NCBI GenBank assembly: GCA_963844535.1
Contig: CAWJOP010000008.1
Location: 196,801-260,800, forward strand
DNA: 64,000 bases
Source: an uncultured Gammaproteobacteria bacterium
GTDB taxonomy: Bacteria > Pseudomonadota > Gammaproteobacteria > CAWJOP01
Direction of reading: 5' to 3'
Shown piece by piece: positions 39,635 through 49,716 of this stretch. A program made the position numbers and the translations under genes. How positions within the stretch are numbered: the first letter of the stretch is position 1; each line of letters opens with the position of its first letter. Below the pieces are notes generated by a model, which did not search any database, was not told the DNA's origin, and saw only the letters and a list, made by a program, of their open reading frames with translations.

Positions 39635-40255
39635 TTATGCTAAATGCTGAGTAAATAAAGCAAATACCCCAAACCCTAAAAGAACAACACCAGAAAATAG
39701 ATTAATTTCTCGTAAAAACTTAAGACCTAATTTTCGATGCAAGATAAAAGCAACACCACTACTTAACATAAGCCACCAACATGCTGAGCCAAATGTAATA
39801 CCTAACACTAAAAAAGTGGCCGCCAAATAGTTGGTTTGTGTTGTCCCCAATCCTAAGCCAGCAAATATGGCAATGAATGATAAAATCGTAGCGGGATTAG
39901 TTAACGTAAGAAAAAAAGTCGTGACACAAGCATGCCAAGGCGATTTATCGGGTTGATTAATTTGTTTTTTCTTGGGCTGCGTTAATAAAAGCTTAATCCC
40001 AAGGTAAATTAAAAATCCACCACCGAATAACCGGATCCAAAACTGATAAGTCATGAGAAAAAAAGACAGGGTAGTTAAGCCAAATCCTGCAATAAAACCA
40101 TAAACCCCATCCGCTAATGCAGCACCTATTCCTGTCATAAGCCCCACTTTAAAACCATTATGTAAAGATCGTTGAATACAAAGTACACCGATAGGGCCGA
40201 CAGGCGCTGCAATAGCAAAACCAATGATTACACCTTTAGCGAAAAAATTAAGCAT
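39635..40255 (-). CDS. LysE/RhtB-family amino-acid exporter
   Basis: 206 aa with 6 TM helices. The N-terminal GxxxGxxxxPGP-like motif (GVIIGFAIAAPVGPIGVLCI) is typical of the RhtB/LysE family. Confidence 0.8.
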   Translation of the reverse strand: MLNFFAKGVIIGFAIAAPVGPIGVLCIQRSLHNGFKVGLMTGIGAALADGVYGFIAGFGLTTLSFFLMTYQFWIRLFGGGFLIYLGIKLLLTQPKKKQINQPDKSPWHACVTTFFLTLTNPATILSFIAIFAGLGLGTTQTNYLAATFLVLGITFGSACWWLMLSSGVAFILHRKLGLKFLREINLFSGVVLLGFGVFALFTQHLA

Positions 40256-40284
40256 AACCTCAACCTCTTTCCCAAGTATTATTT

Positions 40285-41097
40285 TTAAAAAATAGCTTTT
40301 TCTTCCTCACGCAAAGTTAACACTTCAAATCCAGCTTCTGTAACTAAAATTGTATGTTCCCATTGTGCTGATAAACGACGGTCCGCAGTAGTAACAACAA
40401 CCCAATTATCTTTTTTGATAGATTTAATTTCAGCTTTACCCTGATTGATCATCGGTTCAATAGTAAATGTCATTCCAGCTTTAAGTTTTAACCCTTCTCC
40501 AGGCTTACCGTAATGAAGAACCTGTGGTTCTTCATGCATTTTTTTGCCAATGCCATGGCCACAGTATTCACGCACAACAGAGTATCCATTTTTTTCAGCA
40601 TGAACTTGAATAGCATGCCCAATATCGCCCAGAGTAGCATCAGGCTTTACTTGCATAATACCCTTATAAAGACACTCTTGAGTTACATCAACTAAACGCT
40701 GCGCATGCGATGCAACAAGGCTAATACAAAAAGTTTTACTGCTATCACCGTAATAGCCATCTTTAATAACAGTGACATCCACATTGACAATATCACCTTT
40801 AACTAACACTCGCTTAGGCGAAGGAACACCATGACAAACAACTTGATTCACCGAGGTATTAACCGTATAAGGATATCCGTATTGTCCTTTACTTCCGGGT
40901 ATTGCTTTAAGAACATCAACAATATAGTGTTCGCAAAACTCATCAATCTGTGCAGTGGTAATTCCTGGCTTAACAAAAACATCTAATGCCTCTATAACCT
41001 TTGCAGTAAGGCGACCTGCCTCTCTCATTTTTATAATTTCATCTGGAGTTTTAATAAACTTTGAATAAAGCTGTTCGGTATTAGATATTGATGTCAT
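40285..41097 (-). CDS. map: type I methionine aminopeptidase
   Basis: 270 aa with metal ligands in the conserved context (D..VNVDVTVIKDGYYGD, HGIGKKMHEEPQVLHY, FTIEPM). Confidence 0.9.
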   Translation of the reverse strand: MTSISNTEQLYSKFIKTPDEIIKMREAGRLTAKVIEALDVFVKPGITTAQIDEFCEHYIVDVLKAIPGSKGQYGYPYTVNTSVNQVVCHGVPSPKRVLVKGDIVNVDVTVIKDGYYGDSSKTFCISLVASHAQRLVDVTQECLYKGIMQVKPDATLGDIGHAIQVHAEKNGYSVVREYCGHGIGKKMHEEPQVLHYGKPGEGLKLKAGMTFTIEPMINQGKAEIKSIKKDNWVVVTTADRRLSAQWEHTILVTEAGFEVLTLREEEKAIF

Positions 41098-41242
41098 AGC
41101 AATGTGGTTGTAGATAAAACAAAAAATGATAACTTGATAAATTTAGGCATATAAATAAATAGATACATCCTAATGATAAAAACTAGCTATAATTTCTGCC
41201 AGTTATTTTGCATCATTATTTTTTGCTTTTTGTGCAACAAAA

Positions 41243-41611
41243 CTAAACCCTGACTGTCAAATGCACAGGATATTTAGCTAAAGTAGCTAATAATCTTTCT
41301 CCAGACTCTATTGAAGTACACACTGGTTTTTCTACTAAGATTGTCTTGCTGGCAATGGCAGACAATATAATCTGCTCTGCATGTAAGTTATCTGGGGTAG
41401 CAATAATAACTGCATGTAAATCAGGATCATCAAGCATTTCATGAAGATCAATGTAGACTTTTGCATTTGCCTGATATTTTTTAGAAAATGCTTCAGTGCT
41501 ATCTAGTGTTCTTCCGCAGACGCTCCACAATTGTGCATTAGAAATAGCTTTAAGCGCATTAGCATGAATTTCTCCAGCACGACCTATCCCTATAATGCCA
41601 ATATTTAGCAT
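41243..41611 (-). pseudogene. Gfo/Idh/MocA oxidoreductase, N-terminal NAD-binding domain only (truncated remnant)
   Basis: 122 aa (MLNIGIIGIGRAGEIHANAL.., TPDNLHAEQIILSAIASKTILVEKP). The C-terminal catalytic domain is missing, and the downstream ~140 bp is non-coding. Confidence 0.5.
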
Positions 41612-41621
41612 TTTTTAATCT

Positions 41622-42551
41622 CTAAATTTTAAATTGAAGCATGACTCTTTGTAATGCAATATAGTTAACTGCTGCAGAAGAAAAAAATGCACAAGGGATA
41701 ATAAATTCATAAATGAAAAGCTGCGCTAATTTATCTTTAAAAAACAGTGGAATATTTGCAGTAGGCTGAAAAAAATCTATTGCGATTTGTGCAAAAGATG
41801 CGCCCGAACCAATTGCTATAATAATAAGTGTTATATTTATTTTATTAAGCTTAGTAATTTTCAATAGATTCTTTGTAATAAAGATATATACTTTTTCGCT
41901 AACTATGCTAGTAAAATTAGCATATAAAGCTGCAAAGGGGAGCCAACTTAAAACTGCCACAATACATCCTAGATAAAATGCTAAGCGGGGCTTTTGAGTA
42001 ATACTGACTAATAAGTTAGTCATCCCATGGCTCGTTGCCACATAAATAGTAATGCTTACCAAAAATCCTATAAAAACTCCTAATTGGCGAACTATTTTAA
42101 TATCATACGAGATTTTTTTGAGAGATTTTTTAAGTATATCTGCTAAAAAATTATAAATAGCACTATAAGCAATTCCGGTATTTACAATAACAATCATTAA
42201 GCTAATTGTTAAATTAACAAAAAAAGGCAAATATTCTTTAAAACCAAAATAACCAATAAATCCATAAGGTATTGCACTGATAATGCTACCTATACCCAAA
42301 TAATAACGATTAATTAATGTTTGTTTTGGGTTTGCATTTAATAATGAATAAGAACCCAACGCCATATTAGCAAATAGCGCCATTGCAGCAAAAAGTGATC
42401 CAACGACTAAAAATAAAAAGTGACTCTTATTTTCCAAAAAACTAGCGAAACGAAATCCATAGGGAACAGTACCTAATCCTGCAATAAAAGAACATATTAA
42501 GATCACAATAAATTTAACAGAAAAAAGTTTTTGTTTTATCTTGCTTTGCAT
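41622..42551 (-). CDS. hypothetical polytopic membrane protein
   Basis: 309 aa with ~8-9 hydrophobic segments and no recognisable motif. Confidence 0.4.
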   Translation of the reverse strand: MQSKIKQKLFSVKFIVILICSFIAGLGTVPYGFRFASFLENKSHFLFLVVGSLFAAMALFANMALGSYSLLNANPKQTLINRYYLGIGSIISAIPYGFIGYFGFKEYLPFFVNLTISLMIVIVNTGIAYSAIYNFLADILKKSLKKISYDIKIVRQLGVFIGFLVSITIYVATSHGMTNLLVSITQKPRLAFYLGCIVAVLSWLPFAALYANFTSIVSEKVYIFITKNLLKITKLNKINITLIIIAIGSGASFAQIAIDFFQPTANIPLFFKDKLAQLFIYEFIIPCAFFSSAAVNYIALQRVMLQFKI

Positions 42552-42716
42552 AAAAAAACTCCTCGGATAGAATCGAAATTCTTCCTTTGGTTGCCTTCTC
42601 TGGCAACACTAATAGTATAATACCGCTCACAAGAACTTTTAACAACGCCGCAAATCTCATTGAAAATTGTGCCATAATCTATAGCACAATTACTGTTTTC
42701 CTAAATAAGGAACGTA

Positions 42717-43307
42717 ATGTCAAATAAAGAAACAGTTTATCTAGCTTCAGAGTCACCACGACGCTTACAATTATTAGCACAGATTGGTATTAAAGCGACC
42801 GTTATTCCTTCAAAAATAGTAGAAACAAAACTCCCATCTGAATCACCATTGGCATATGCGAACCGAATGGCAATCAGCAAGGCGCAATCAGGATGGTGTA
42901 ATTCAGCGCGAATTTTTACTTTACCTGTGATTGGCGCTGACACTATTGTCGTGTGTGACGATAAAATACTGGGAAAACCAAATAATAAAAAAGAAGGTAT
43001 TGCAATGCTAACTACATTGTCTGGCCGTGTACATCAAGTGATTACCGCAGTTGCAATAGTATATGCAACACAAGTTAGGCAATGTTATGTCGAAAGCGAA
43101 GTGACCTTTGCTACTTTGACAGAATCTGAAATAGAAACCTATTGGGATACCGGGGAACCTTGTGATAAAGCAGGTGCCTACGCTATTCAAGGGAGAGCAG
43201 CAGCTTTTATTACTTATTTAACAGGTAGTTACTCCGGAGTTGTAGGACTTCCATTGTTTGAAACAGTAAATTTATTGCGTGAATTCGGCATGATTGTTCT
43301 CGCATAG
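42717..43307 (+). CDS. maf: Maf-like nucleoside-triphosphate pyrophosphatase
   Basis: 196 aa: VYLASESPRRLQLL.., IGADTIVVCDDKILGKP.., GRVHQVITAVAIV.., GAYAIQG. Confidence 0.85.
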   Translation: MSNKETVYLASESPRRLQLLAQIGIKATVIPSKIVETKLPSESPLAYANRMAISKAQSGWCNSARIFTLPVIGADTIVVCDDKILGKPNNKKEGIAMLTTLSGRVHQVITAVAIVYATQVRQCYVESEVTFATLTESEIETYWDTGEPCDKAGAYAIQGRAAAFITYLTGSYSGVVGLPLFETVNLLREFGMIVLA

Positions 43308-43363
43308 GTCTTGTTATTAACTACTAGCTAATTTCTTTGATTGTCGCTTATGCTTAAAATAGA

Positions 43364-43558
43364 TCAATGACGTTTAATTTTATTGATCAAACCAGGAATA
43401 TAACACCAGCCAATTATGCCCTCAATGACTAGCACCAACCCAAGTATTGTAAAAAAAATCTTTCCCATCCCGATCAATGCAGCAATACAGAGCACTACTC
43501 CAATTACCGCCCGATTAATACGATCGGTCTTATCAATATTACAATGCGCTGAAAACAT
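43364..43558 (-). CDS. small inner-membrane protein (DUF2892/YgaP-like)
   Basis: 64 aa with two TM helices and a conserved-looking N-terminus, DRINRAVIGVVL. Confidence 0.4.
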   Translation of the reverse strand: MFSAHCNIDKTDRINRAVIGVVLCIAALIGMGKIFFTILGLVLVIEGIIGWCYIPGLINKIKRH

Positions 43559-43668
43559 GTTTCTCTCCTGTTAAAATTAGCTAAAAGCACAAGTCTTCGT
43601 ACATATACTCATTACACCCTCAGCTGCTACACTATGGGGAAAAATCAACTAGAATGAACTAGAAATTT

Positions 43669-44517
43669 ATGACCCATTATTCAAGTAAAAAAAGCATAAC
43701 ACCTTACCAGGATATTAATGAAACATTGTCATTCATATCAGAGAGCATTAAAACTATCTTAGGCAAAAATCTGATTGGCGTATATCTATTTGGTTCCTTG
43801 GCTTATGGTGATTTTAACCCAGATAGTAGTGATATTGATTTAGTCACGATTATCAATAACCCACTCAATCATCATGATCTTGAACTGATAAAGCAGCTAC
43901 ATGAGCAAATAAGAACACACGATAAAAAATGGAGTAATCGGTTGGAATGCTCTTACACGCCCATGGAGATGCTGAAAAATATCTTACCCCCCAAAGAGCC
44001 TAGGCCATATTATGGCGAAGGAGTTTTTTATGACGAAGCTCCATACGGCAATGAATGGATCATCAATAACTATTTATTATATGAGTACGCTTTCCCACTT
44101 ATTGGCCCTGGTTTTAAAGAATTGATTAAACCCATTGATATCATTGAAGTACAAAAGGCTTGTATTCGCGATTTATTTCAGGAATGGGAACCAAAAATAA
44201 CAGATTTCAATTGGTTGGATAACAGCCATTATCAATCCTATCTTGTGATAAATTTATGCCGTATTTTATATACGGTTATGTGCACTGCTATTGGTACAAA
44301 GAAAAAATCGGCCCAATGGGCAAAAAATCAATTTGGTTTACCATGGATTAATTTAATCGAAACTGCTGAGAATTGGAGATATGGTAAAGAAATGTCTTTG
44401 CGAAATGAAACCATTGATTTTATTAAATTTGCTATCAGTCAAATTAAACAAACGAGTTTTTATCAAGAAATATATGTTAGAAATAGTAAGAAGAAAAATA
44501 GCCATTTCCCCTTTTAG
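43669..44517 (+). CDS. pol-beta superfamily nucleotidyltransferase with a C-terminal DUF4111-like domain (AadA/ANT(3'')-(9)-like architecture)
   Basis: 282 aa. The N-terminal part has LIGVYLFGSLAYGDFNPDSSDIDLVTI (hGS..D.D). The C-terminal half, W..DNSHYQSYLVINLCRILYTVMCTAIGTKKKSAQWA, resembles the AadA C-terminal helical domain. Confidence 0.55.
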   Translation: MTHYSSKKSITPYQDINETLSFISESIKTILGKNLIGVYLFGSLAYGDFNPDSSDIDLVTIINNPLNHHDLELIKQLHEQIRTHDKKWSNRLECSYTPMEMLKNILPPKEPRPYYGEGVFYDEAPYGNEWIINNYLLYEYAFPLIGPGFKELIKPIDIIEVQKACIRDLFQEWEPKITDFNWLDNSHYQSYLVINLCRILYTVMCTAIGTKKKSAQWAKNQFGLPWINLIETAENWRYGKEMSLRNETIDFIKFAISQIKQTSFYQEIYVRNSKKKNSHFPF

Positions 44518-44601
44518 TCTTTATAAAATTATGCTACATTAATAGTACGCCGTGACTGCGCCGATACTAGCAGGTACGGGTTTCCCGACACGGCGTCGTT
44601 T

Positions 44602-45357
44602 TTACTTCTTTGGCCATCGTATTAATCCAAATCCCTCAATTTTTCCATTCTCGCCTTTTCTAAATGATCCTTTGATCAAGTTAAAATATCTGGCATCTTT
44701 TCTTACAAAATAACGATACACTGCCCCTGCTACCATATCCGCCAGTTGAATTCCTACACTTAAATGTGAAGGTGCAATAAAAACACCTTCAATCAAATTA
44801 CGATAAACTGAGAAATGTTTTTCAGAACCGGTCAAAAGTTTTTGATGTAAATGCCTAAGTTGAGAATCATCTTGAGGTTGCCGATGATCACAAATAATGA
44901 TGCCATTAATTTTACTACCTACTGTTCGGGAAATATCTTGTAAATAGTATTGAAACCGCTCTGTCATTAGCTTGTAGGCATAACAATATAAATCATTATA
45001 AGTTTTTATATAATCAAGCTGATAAGCCGAATGAATATCAATAACTGTGCAAATTAGGCGAATGGATTTAAACTTGGTTAAAAGTTGGTAAATAGCCAGG
45101 CGTAACTCTTCCTTTTGTTCAGCATTCAGATGGGAAAGTGAATGCGGTGCTGCCCCTGATTTTTGCGGTGAAAAGTACCGCCACTTTATTTCTCCCATTA
45201 CTTTATGGTTCGCCTTTAAAATAGCCAGTTCTTTATCAATTTCATGCCAATGGTCTTCTGGAATTATAATGCCCCCTAATGTAAAAAAATCCGCCTCATT
45301 ATTGTTTTTATTTTTTGGCGGAATTGTGCCTGATTCATCAATAAAAAATAATTGCAT
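44602..45357 (-). CDS. DUF3800-family protein
   Basis: 251 aa with the DUF3800 N-terminal signature MQLFFIDESGT and an internal GIQLADMVAGAVYR (Q.AD..A). Partial paralogue copies lie at 50039..50239 and 59735..59790. Confidence 0.65.
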   Translation of the reverse strand: MQLFFIDESGTIPPKNKNNNEADFFTLGGIIIPEDHWHEIDKELAILKANHKVMGEIKWRYFSPQKSGAAPHSLSHLNAEQKEELRLAIYQLLTKFKSIRLICTVIDIHSAYQLDYIKTYNDLYCYAYKLMTERFQYYLQDISRTVGSKINGIIICDHRQPQDDSQLRHLHQKLLTGSEKHFSVYRNLIEGVFIAPSHLSVGIQLADMVAGAVYRYFVRKDARYFNLIKGSFRKGENGKIEGFGLIRWPKK

Positions 45358-45517
45358 ATTATAAAAGCCTTATAATCTAAGTTAGATAATAAAATTAGTG
45401 GGAATTTTAGGACATTTTATAGGCAACTACTATATCTGTGTAATAATAAGTGAATTAAATACTGAAAAAATATCATAAAAGCTTATCTAATATTTAAAAT
45501 CAAACAAGGAGGTTTTA

Positions 45518-46243
45518 ATGAAAAAGTTTGCTCAAAAATGCAAAGGCCTTTGGGATAACTGGGTAAAAGCTTTTTTTATAATATTTCTTGTACTAGCTTT
45601 AATAGGACTCTTAGTTTTTTTCTTTGATAAATTTATACTTAAATCATTTCCTGGATTACATCCTGAGTTTCAAGATTATGATCGAAAATATGCTTCCGGA
45701 TGGTCTAATAATGAAATAGATGCGCTTTTATATTATTTAACTGCCATCGCTACTGTAGCAGTAGCATTTGTAGCATACACACAAATTACCAAACTTCGTG
45801 ATAACAATGAATCTGAATTTTTGTTGCGCATTGACGAAAGATGGACTAGTAAACAGATATTGAAAGCAAGAACTATTATTTATGGACTTTATTTAAAAGC
45901 CCGTAACAATCAGGACTTATCTTCAGAATGTATTCCTGTTCAAGAAGCTAACACAATGGAAGATGCTATTAGAAAGGAAGTTGGGGGAAAAATACTAAAA
46001 ATGTCAAAAGATATAAAAGAAAATGAAAATTTTATGTATCTACTAAATCTTTTAGATTTTATGGAGACAATTAGTTTTTTTCATAATAAAAAAGGGATAA
46101 GCACTAAAAAATTAGAAGCTTTGTTGGGAGAATCGCTTAATTTTCATTACCAAGTTTTTAAACCTTATATTGAATACAAACGAAAACAACCTTATAGCAA
46201 AGACATCTATGAGGAATTAGAAAGCATGATAAAAGATATATAG
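45518..46243 (+). CDS. hypothetical membrane-anchored protein
   Basis: 241 aa with an N-terminal TM helix, a second hydrophobic segment and a cytoplasmic-looking C-terminal domain. No recognised motif. Confidence 0.4.
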   Translation: MKKFAQKCKGLWDNWVKAFFIIFLVLALIGLLVFFFDKFILKSFPGLHPEFQDYDRKYASGWSNNEIDALLYYLTAIATVAVAFVAYTQITKLRDNNESEFLLRIDERWTSKQILKARTIIYGLYLKARNNQDLSSECIPVQEANTMEDAIRKEVGGKILKMSKDIKENENFMYLLNLLDFMETISFFHNKKGISTKKLEALLGESLNFHYQVFKPYIEYKRKQPYSKDIYEELESMIKDI

Positions 46244-46320
46244 AGAGGATAAAAATAACTCCGGATATTTCTTTAACTACCCGCATTATGGCAGTAAAAG
46301 ACTAAGAAAAAGTGGTTTAG

Positions 46321-46342
46321 CTGTGGCCGAACCTGGAATCGA
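46321..46342 (-). other. 22-bp remnant of a tRNA-Phe 3' end (T-arm plus acceptor); putative island attachment-site repeat
   Basis: TGTGGCCGAACCTGGAATCGAA matches 19/22 to the longer tRNA-Phe 3' fragment at 57903..57947 (GGTGGCCAGACCTGGAATCGAA). Confidence 0.4.
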
Positions 46343-46611
46343 ATTTAATGAGCGTTAAAAACAATCTGATGAAATGGTCTTTTGCTTGCTGATTAACCGG
46401 ACAAAAAACCGGACATTTTTTCTCAAAAATATTTCTTAATTTTTCAAAAAACCCTGATAAAACAAGCCAATGAATACTAAAAAACCGGGCAAAAAAATAG
46501 GACATTTTATCGGTCATAGATAGAAACGACCTCGACGCACCTACCGCCTGGTCGTGTGCAGAAACCAATGCCAATTGTTCCTGCCTCAAGCGGTGTAAAT
46601 TCAAAAAATTA

Positions 46612-46662
46612 TATTTTATGTGCAATTAATTCCTATAAAAGGAACTAATTGCACATAAAATA
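46612..46662 (-). terminator. rho-independent terminator downstream of the adhesin gene
   Basis: ATGTGCAATTAATTCCT-ATAAA-AGGAACTAATTGCACAT is a 17-bp stem with one mismatch, followed on the minus strand by a T-rich run. Confidence 0.5.
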
Positions 46663-46700
46663 TAATTAATCCATGCAAATATTATAAATAAGTGCAATCT

Positions 46701-48845
46701 TCAAAAATCATCCCGCCTAATGCTATTTTCAGAAAATAAATTAACACTAATGCCATCAGCAGGTGATGCGGCGAACAAACCAAATCCATCGCCGTTACCA
46801 CCAGTTAATGTTACTTGGTTAAATACAATGGAATCTAATTTAATAAAACTTGGATGATTAGCATTCCGCTGCCCTAGGAAAAGCCCCCTTGAGTTCTCGC
46901 TGGAGTTTTCTAAAACGATTTGATTGCTATTTATTTTTTTCCCAACGATGTTGCCACCATCAGAAATAATATCAATACCCACACTGAGATTATTATTTAC
47001 ATTATTCATATCGATGTTTATAACATTATTAATAATATTGCCGATGTTGATAGTGGAGTCTGATTCACTCACAAAATCAATGCCTGTGGCGATACGGGTA
47101 AGTTCATCGATTGAATCACTACCAGTGATTTTAATTTCATTACCCGAAATTTTAGCAACACTCAAATTTCCAGATAAATTGGCGTCGAAATGCATGCCAA
47201 TCGAACTGGTGTCGATGCTATTTTCTTTAATATTTTCTACACCCATTGTTCCGCCAGTTACCAAGAAGTCCAACCCTGGAGATTTCTTATCGTTTGTAGA
47301 AACAGAATTCATACTAATATTTTTAACTGTCATACTTCCATGGGAAGCACTAAAAAACATACCTGAGCTGTGAGCGCTTTGTGTTTCGATCATATTGTCT
47401 GAAATTTCACCTACCTTAAGTTGCCCACCATTGTTAGCGCTAAAAGATAACGCGCTGCCTGAATTAATATTAAAAATACTATCGGTAATATGATCAATGG
47501 TAGCGGTATTGTTTTTACCACTTACTTCAATTTTCAGATTACCATTGGTAAGTATGCGTTCAAGATTGAGCGTACCCATACTGCCATCCTCAGACCGATG
47601 AAAAATTGCTAGTGGTGCAGTTTTATCAACTGAAAGGTTTAAATCACGAATGGTGATGTTAGAGTTTTCTCCTTTAATTTTTAATAACCCATGATCTCCA
47701 GGGTTGTTGATAGGTTTACCGATTAATTCACCGCCTTGAGTAACTGTAATATTAATAATTTTTTTATCTCGAACAAATTGATAAGTATTGCCAGTTAGAT
47801 AAAGGTTGCGATTAATCATTGCATCACCAACGCCTTTAATTTGCCCATGTACAGCAATGACATCCGCTTTATCATCAGCAAGCGCTTGATTAAAATTACC
47901 GAGCGTATCAACGTCACGAATATTCGCCGGTAAATTAACGTTTTGTGCATTGCTTTGCGTGATTACATCCACGTCACGGCGAATGCGATCAACCATATGT
48001 CGTTCAACACCTTGTAGATTTAAATTAGCGTTGCCATTACCCCAACTCATTCCTATTGTTAAGCCGCCATAATAATTTATGCCCCTAACTGCATCGTTTG
48101 TCACTAATCCTTCTACAGCTACGCGGTCAAATAATCCTAAGATTTTATGATTAGGTTCGGCATAAAACACGTATTCAGCTCTGGCTTTGGGCCCTGCTAA
48201 TGTTTTTGTATTTGCCTCATGAAAATAATAACCGCCCCCATAAACAGTTAAACCACCTATTAATGTGCGCCCTATTTCAGCGTCTGCTCCTGGTAAGGCG
48301 CTTTCAGTAGTTTCAGTAAAACCAATATTACGGTAACCACCATTTTCGCGGAAGGAAAAAGTTTTTAAATCAGGCGCAGAATATTGATGACAACCATAAG
48401 GACAATACATGTTAGCTCCTAAAAACCAGTCCTGTTGCCAAGCTTCTATTCCAACATTGATCTGATTAAAAGAATCACCCGTAGTAGTTTTTAAATGATC
48501 AATTCCCCCATATAAACCTATTAAATTGGTATGATTAGGATTTAAACGCCGATACCCTAACGCTAAGCTACCTTCCCATGGCGTGCCAGATTTATCGAGT
48601 AATCGTATACTTGAAAAAAGTAATTGATCAGAGGTTGCAAAAAGAGGCGATAGCAACGTATTTTCGCCTGCTAAGTGCGGGCCATTTTTAAAGGCGTATC
48701 CGCCTAAATACCATTGAGGATAATAAGTAATGGAATTAATCTCAAAAGCATTTTGGTTTTTTTGCTGCGCATGAGCACTCATGCTGATTAAGAGTAAGGT
48801 AAGGTAGCTTATTAGCTGCAACAAGAATTTTTTTAGTTGATACAT
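46701..48845 (-). CDS. putative outer-membrane adhesin: N-terminal beta-barrel-like domain plus a C-terminal parallel beta-helix repeat domain (inverse-autotransporter-like)
   Basis: 714 aa with a signal peptide. The first ~300 aa are rich in Gly/aromatic alternating beta-strand segments (LALGYRRL, IGLYGGIDHL, INVGIEAWQQDWFLGANMY). The rest has pectin-lyase-like repeats (NxIxxTGSDS.., ISDGGNIVGKKINSNQIVLENSSEN). Confidence 0.45.
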   Translation of the reverse strand: MYQLKKFLLQLISYLTLLLISMSAHAQQKNQNAFEINSITYYPQWYLGGYAFKNGPHLAGENTLLSPLFATSDQLLFSSIRLLDKSGTPWEGSLALGYRRLNPNHTNLIGLYGGIDHLKTTTGDSFNQINVGIEAWQQDWFLGANMYCPYGCHQYSAPDLKTFSFRENGGYRNIGFTETTESALPGADAEIGRTLIGGLTVYGGGYYFHEANTKTLAGPKARAEYVFYAEPNHKILGLFDRVAVEGLVTNDAVRGINYYGGLTIGMSWGNGNANLNLQGVERHMVDRIRRDVDVITQSNAQNVNLPANIRDVDTLGNFNQALADDKADVIAVHGQIKGVGDAMINRNLYLTGNTYQFVRDKKIINITVTQGGELIGKPINNPGDHGLLKIKGENSNITIRDLNLSVDKTAPLAIFHRSEDGSMGTLNLERILTNGNLKIEVSGKNNTATIDHITDSIFNINSGSALSFSANNGGQLKVGEISDNMIETQSAHSSGMFFSASHGSMTVKNISMNSVSTNDKKSPGLDFLVTGGTMGVENIKENSIDTSSIGMHFDANLSGNLSVAKISGNEIKITGSDSIDELTRIATGIDFVSESDSTINIGNIINNVINIDMNNVNNNLSVGIDIISDGGNIVGKKINSNQIVLENSSENSRGLFLGQRNANHPSFIKLDSIVFNQVTLTGGNGDGFGLFAASPADGISVNLFSENSIRRDDF

Positions 48846-49010
48846 AGGGAAATTTCTCGCAAATACATTAGTTAATGCGTTTGCTTCCTTGTATCACGCG
48901 TAAATAACCTTACATAATAAAAACGTCTTTACGCAATAATGTATCGTTGAATGTAGTAGGATTTACGTAACTCATGTTATACAGCTGATGCTATTTTTAG
49001 CATTGAACAA

Positions 49011-49058
49011 CTCCGCTGCCTACGTGCCGCTGCCACGACTTGTTTGCGGCATCTACAG
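49011..49058. repeat. family A REP-like half element
   Basis: CTCCGCTGCCTACGTGCCGCTGCCACGACTTGTTTGCGGCATCTACAG is the reverse-complement match to the right half of the 22150 element. Confidence 0.45.
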
Positions 49059-49074
49059 TTAAACAAAGTAAAAT

Positions 49075-49710
49075 TCATTTTGATTTTACATCAAGCATAT
49101 CAATAGCTTTATTTAGCCATGTTGCTGTTTCAGAATGTTTATGTTTGATATTTTTTAAAGTCATATAATCTTCTAATACCAAGGAAGCTGCTTGACGATT
49201 TCTCCAGTTGGCAACATACACTTTGGCTAATTCGGTGCTTTGTATGATTAATACATTTTCTGCATTTCGTGTTTGTGCTGCTTTGCTAAAGTTAAAGCTG
49301 CCTGAAATAACTTTCTGGTTATCTACAATTATGATTTTGTTGTGGGCAATACTCACTTTATTATCAATCCACACCGGAATCCCCTGATGCTTGAACAGAA
49401 CTGCTGAAGCATTAGGTTTTTGAGTATATTGTGTTTTATCGAGGATTATGCGCACATCAACACCACGGCGTTTTGCCGCAATTACCGCCTCAGAAATTGG
49501 CAATGAGGTAAATTGATAGGCTTGAATCCAAAGTGTTTTTTGCGCATGGTGGATAGCATCTACAATTTTTTCAGTACAATTTCCGCCAGGGGTGAAACAA
49601 TACTCTATACTGCCTTTTATACTATTACTTGAAAAAGCAGCAGGGGAAAGTAAGCAACATACAATTATAAAAATGCTATATTTTTTAGGTAGAAAATTTG
49701 TTTGAATCAT
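49075..49710 (-). CDS. secreted phospholipase D-superfamily nuclease (Nuc-like, single HKD motif)
   Basis: 211 aa with a signal peptide and one HKD motif, AHNKIIIVDNQKVISGSFNFSKAAQTRNAEN (H.K....D......GS.N). Confidence 0.75.
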   Translation of the reverse strand: MIQTNFLPKKYSIFIIVCCLLSPAAFSSNSIKGSIEYCFTPGGNCTEKIVDAIHHAQKTLWIQAYQFTSLPISEAVIAAKRRGVDVRIILDKTQYTQKPNASAVLFKHQGIPVWIDNKVSIAHNKIIIVDNQKVISGSFNFSKAAQTRNAENVLIIQSTELAKVYVANWRNRQAASLVLEDYMTLKNIKHKHSETATWLNKAIDMLDVKSK

Positions 49711-49716
49711 TTTATT

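Noticed and set aside
46317-46625. 102-aa minus-strand ORF between the membrane-protein gene and the adhesin gene
   Set aside because: It has a composition-poor sequence and no RBS. It spans the tRNA-Phe remnant and the terminator hairpin, so the region is better explained as island boundary/non-coding.
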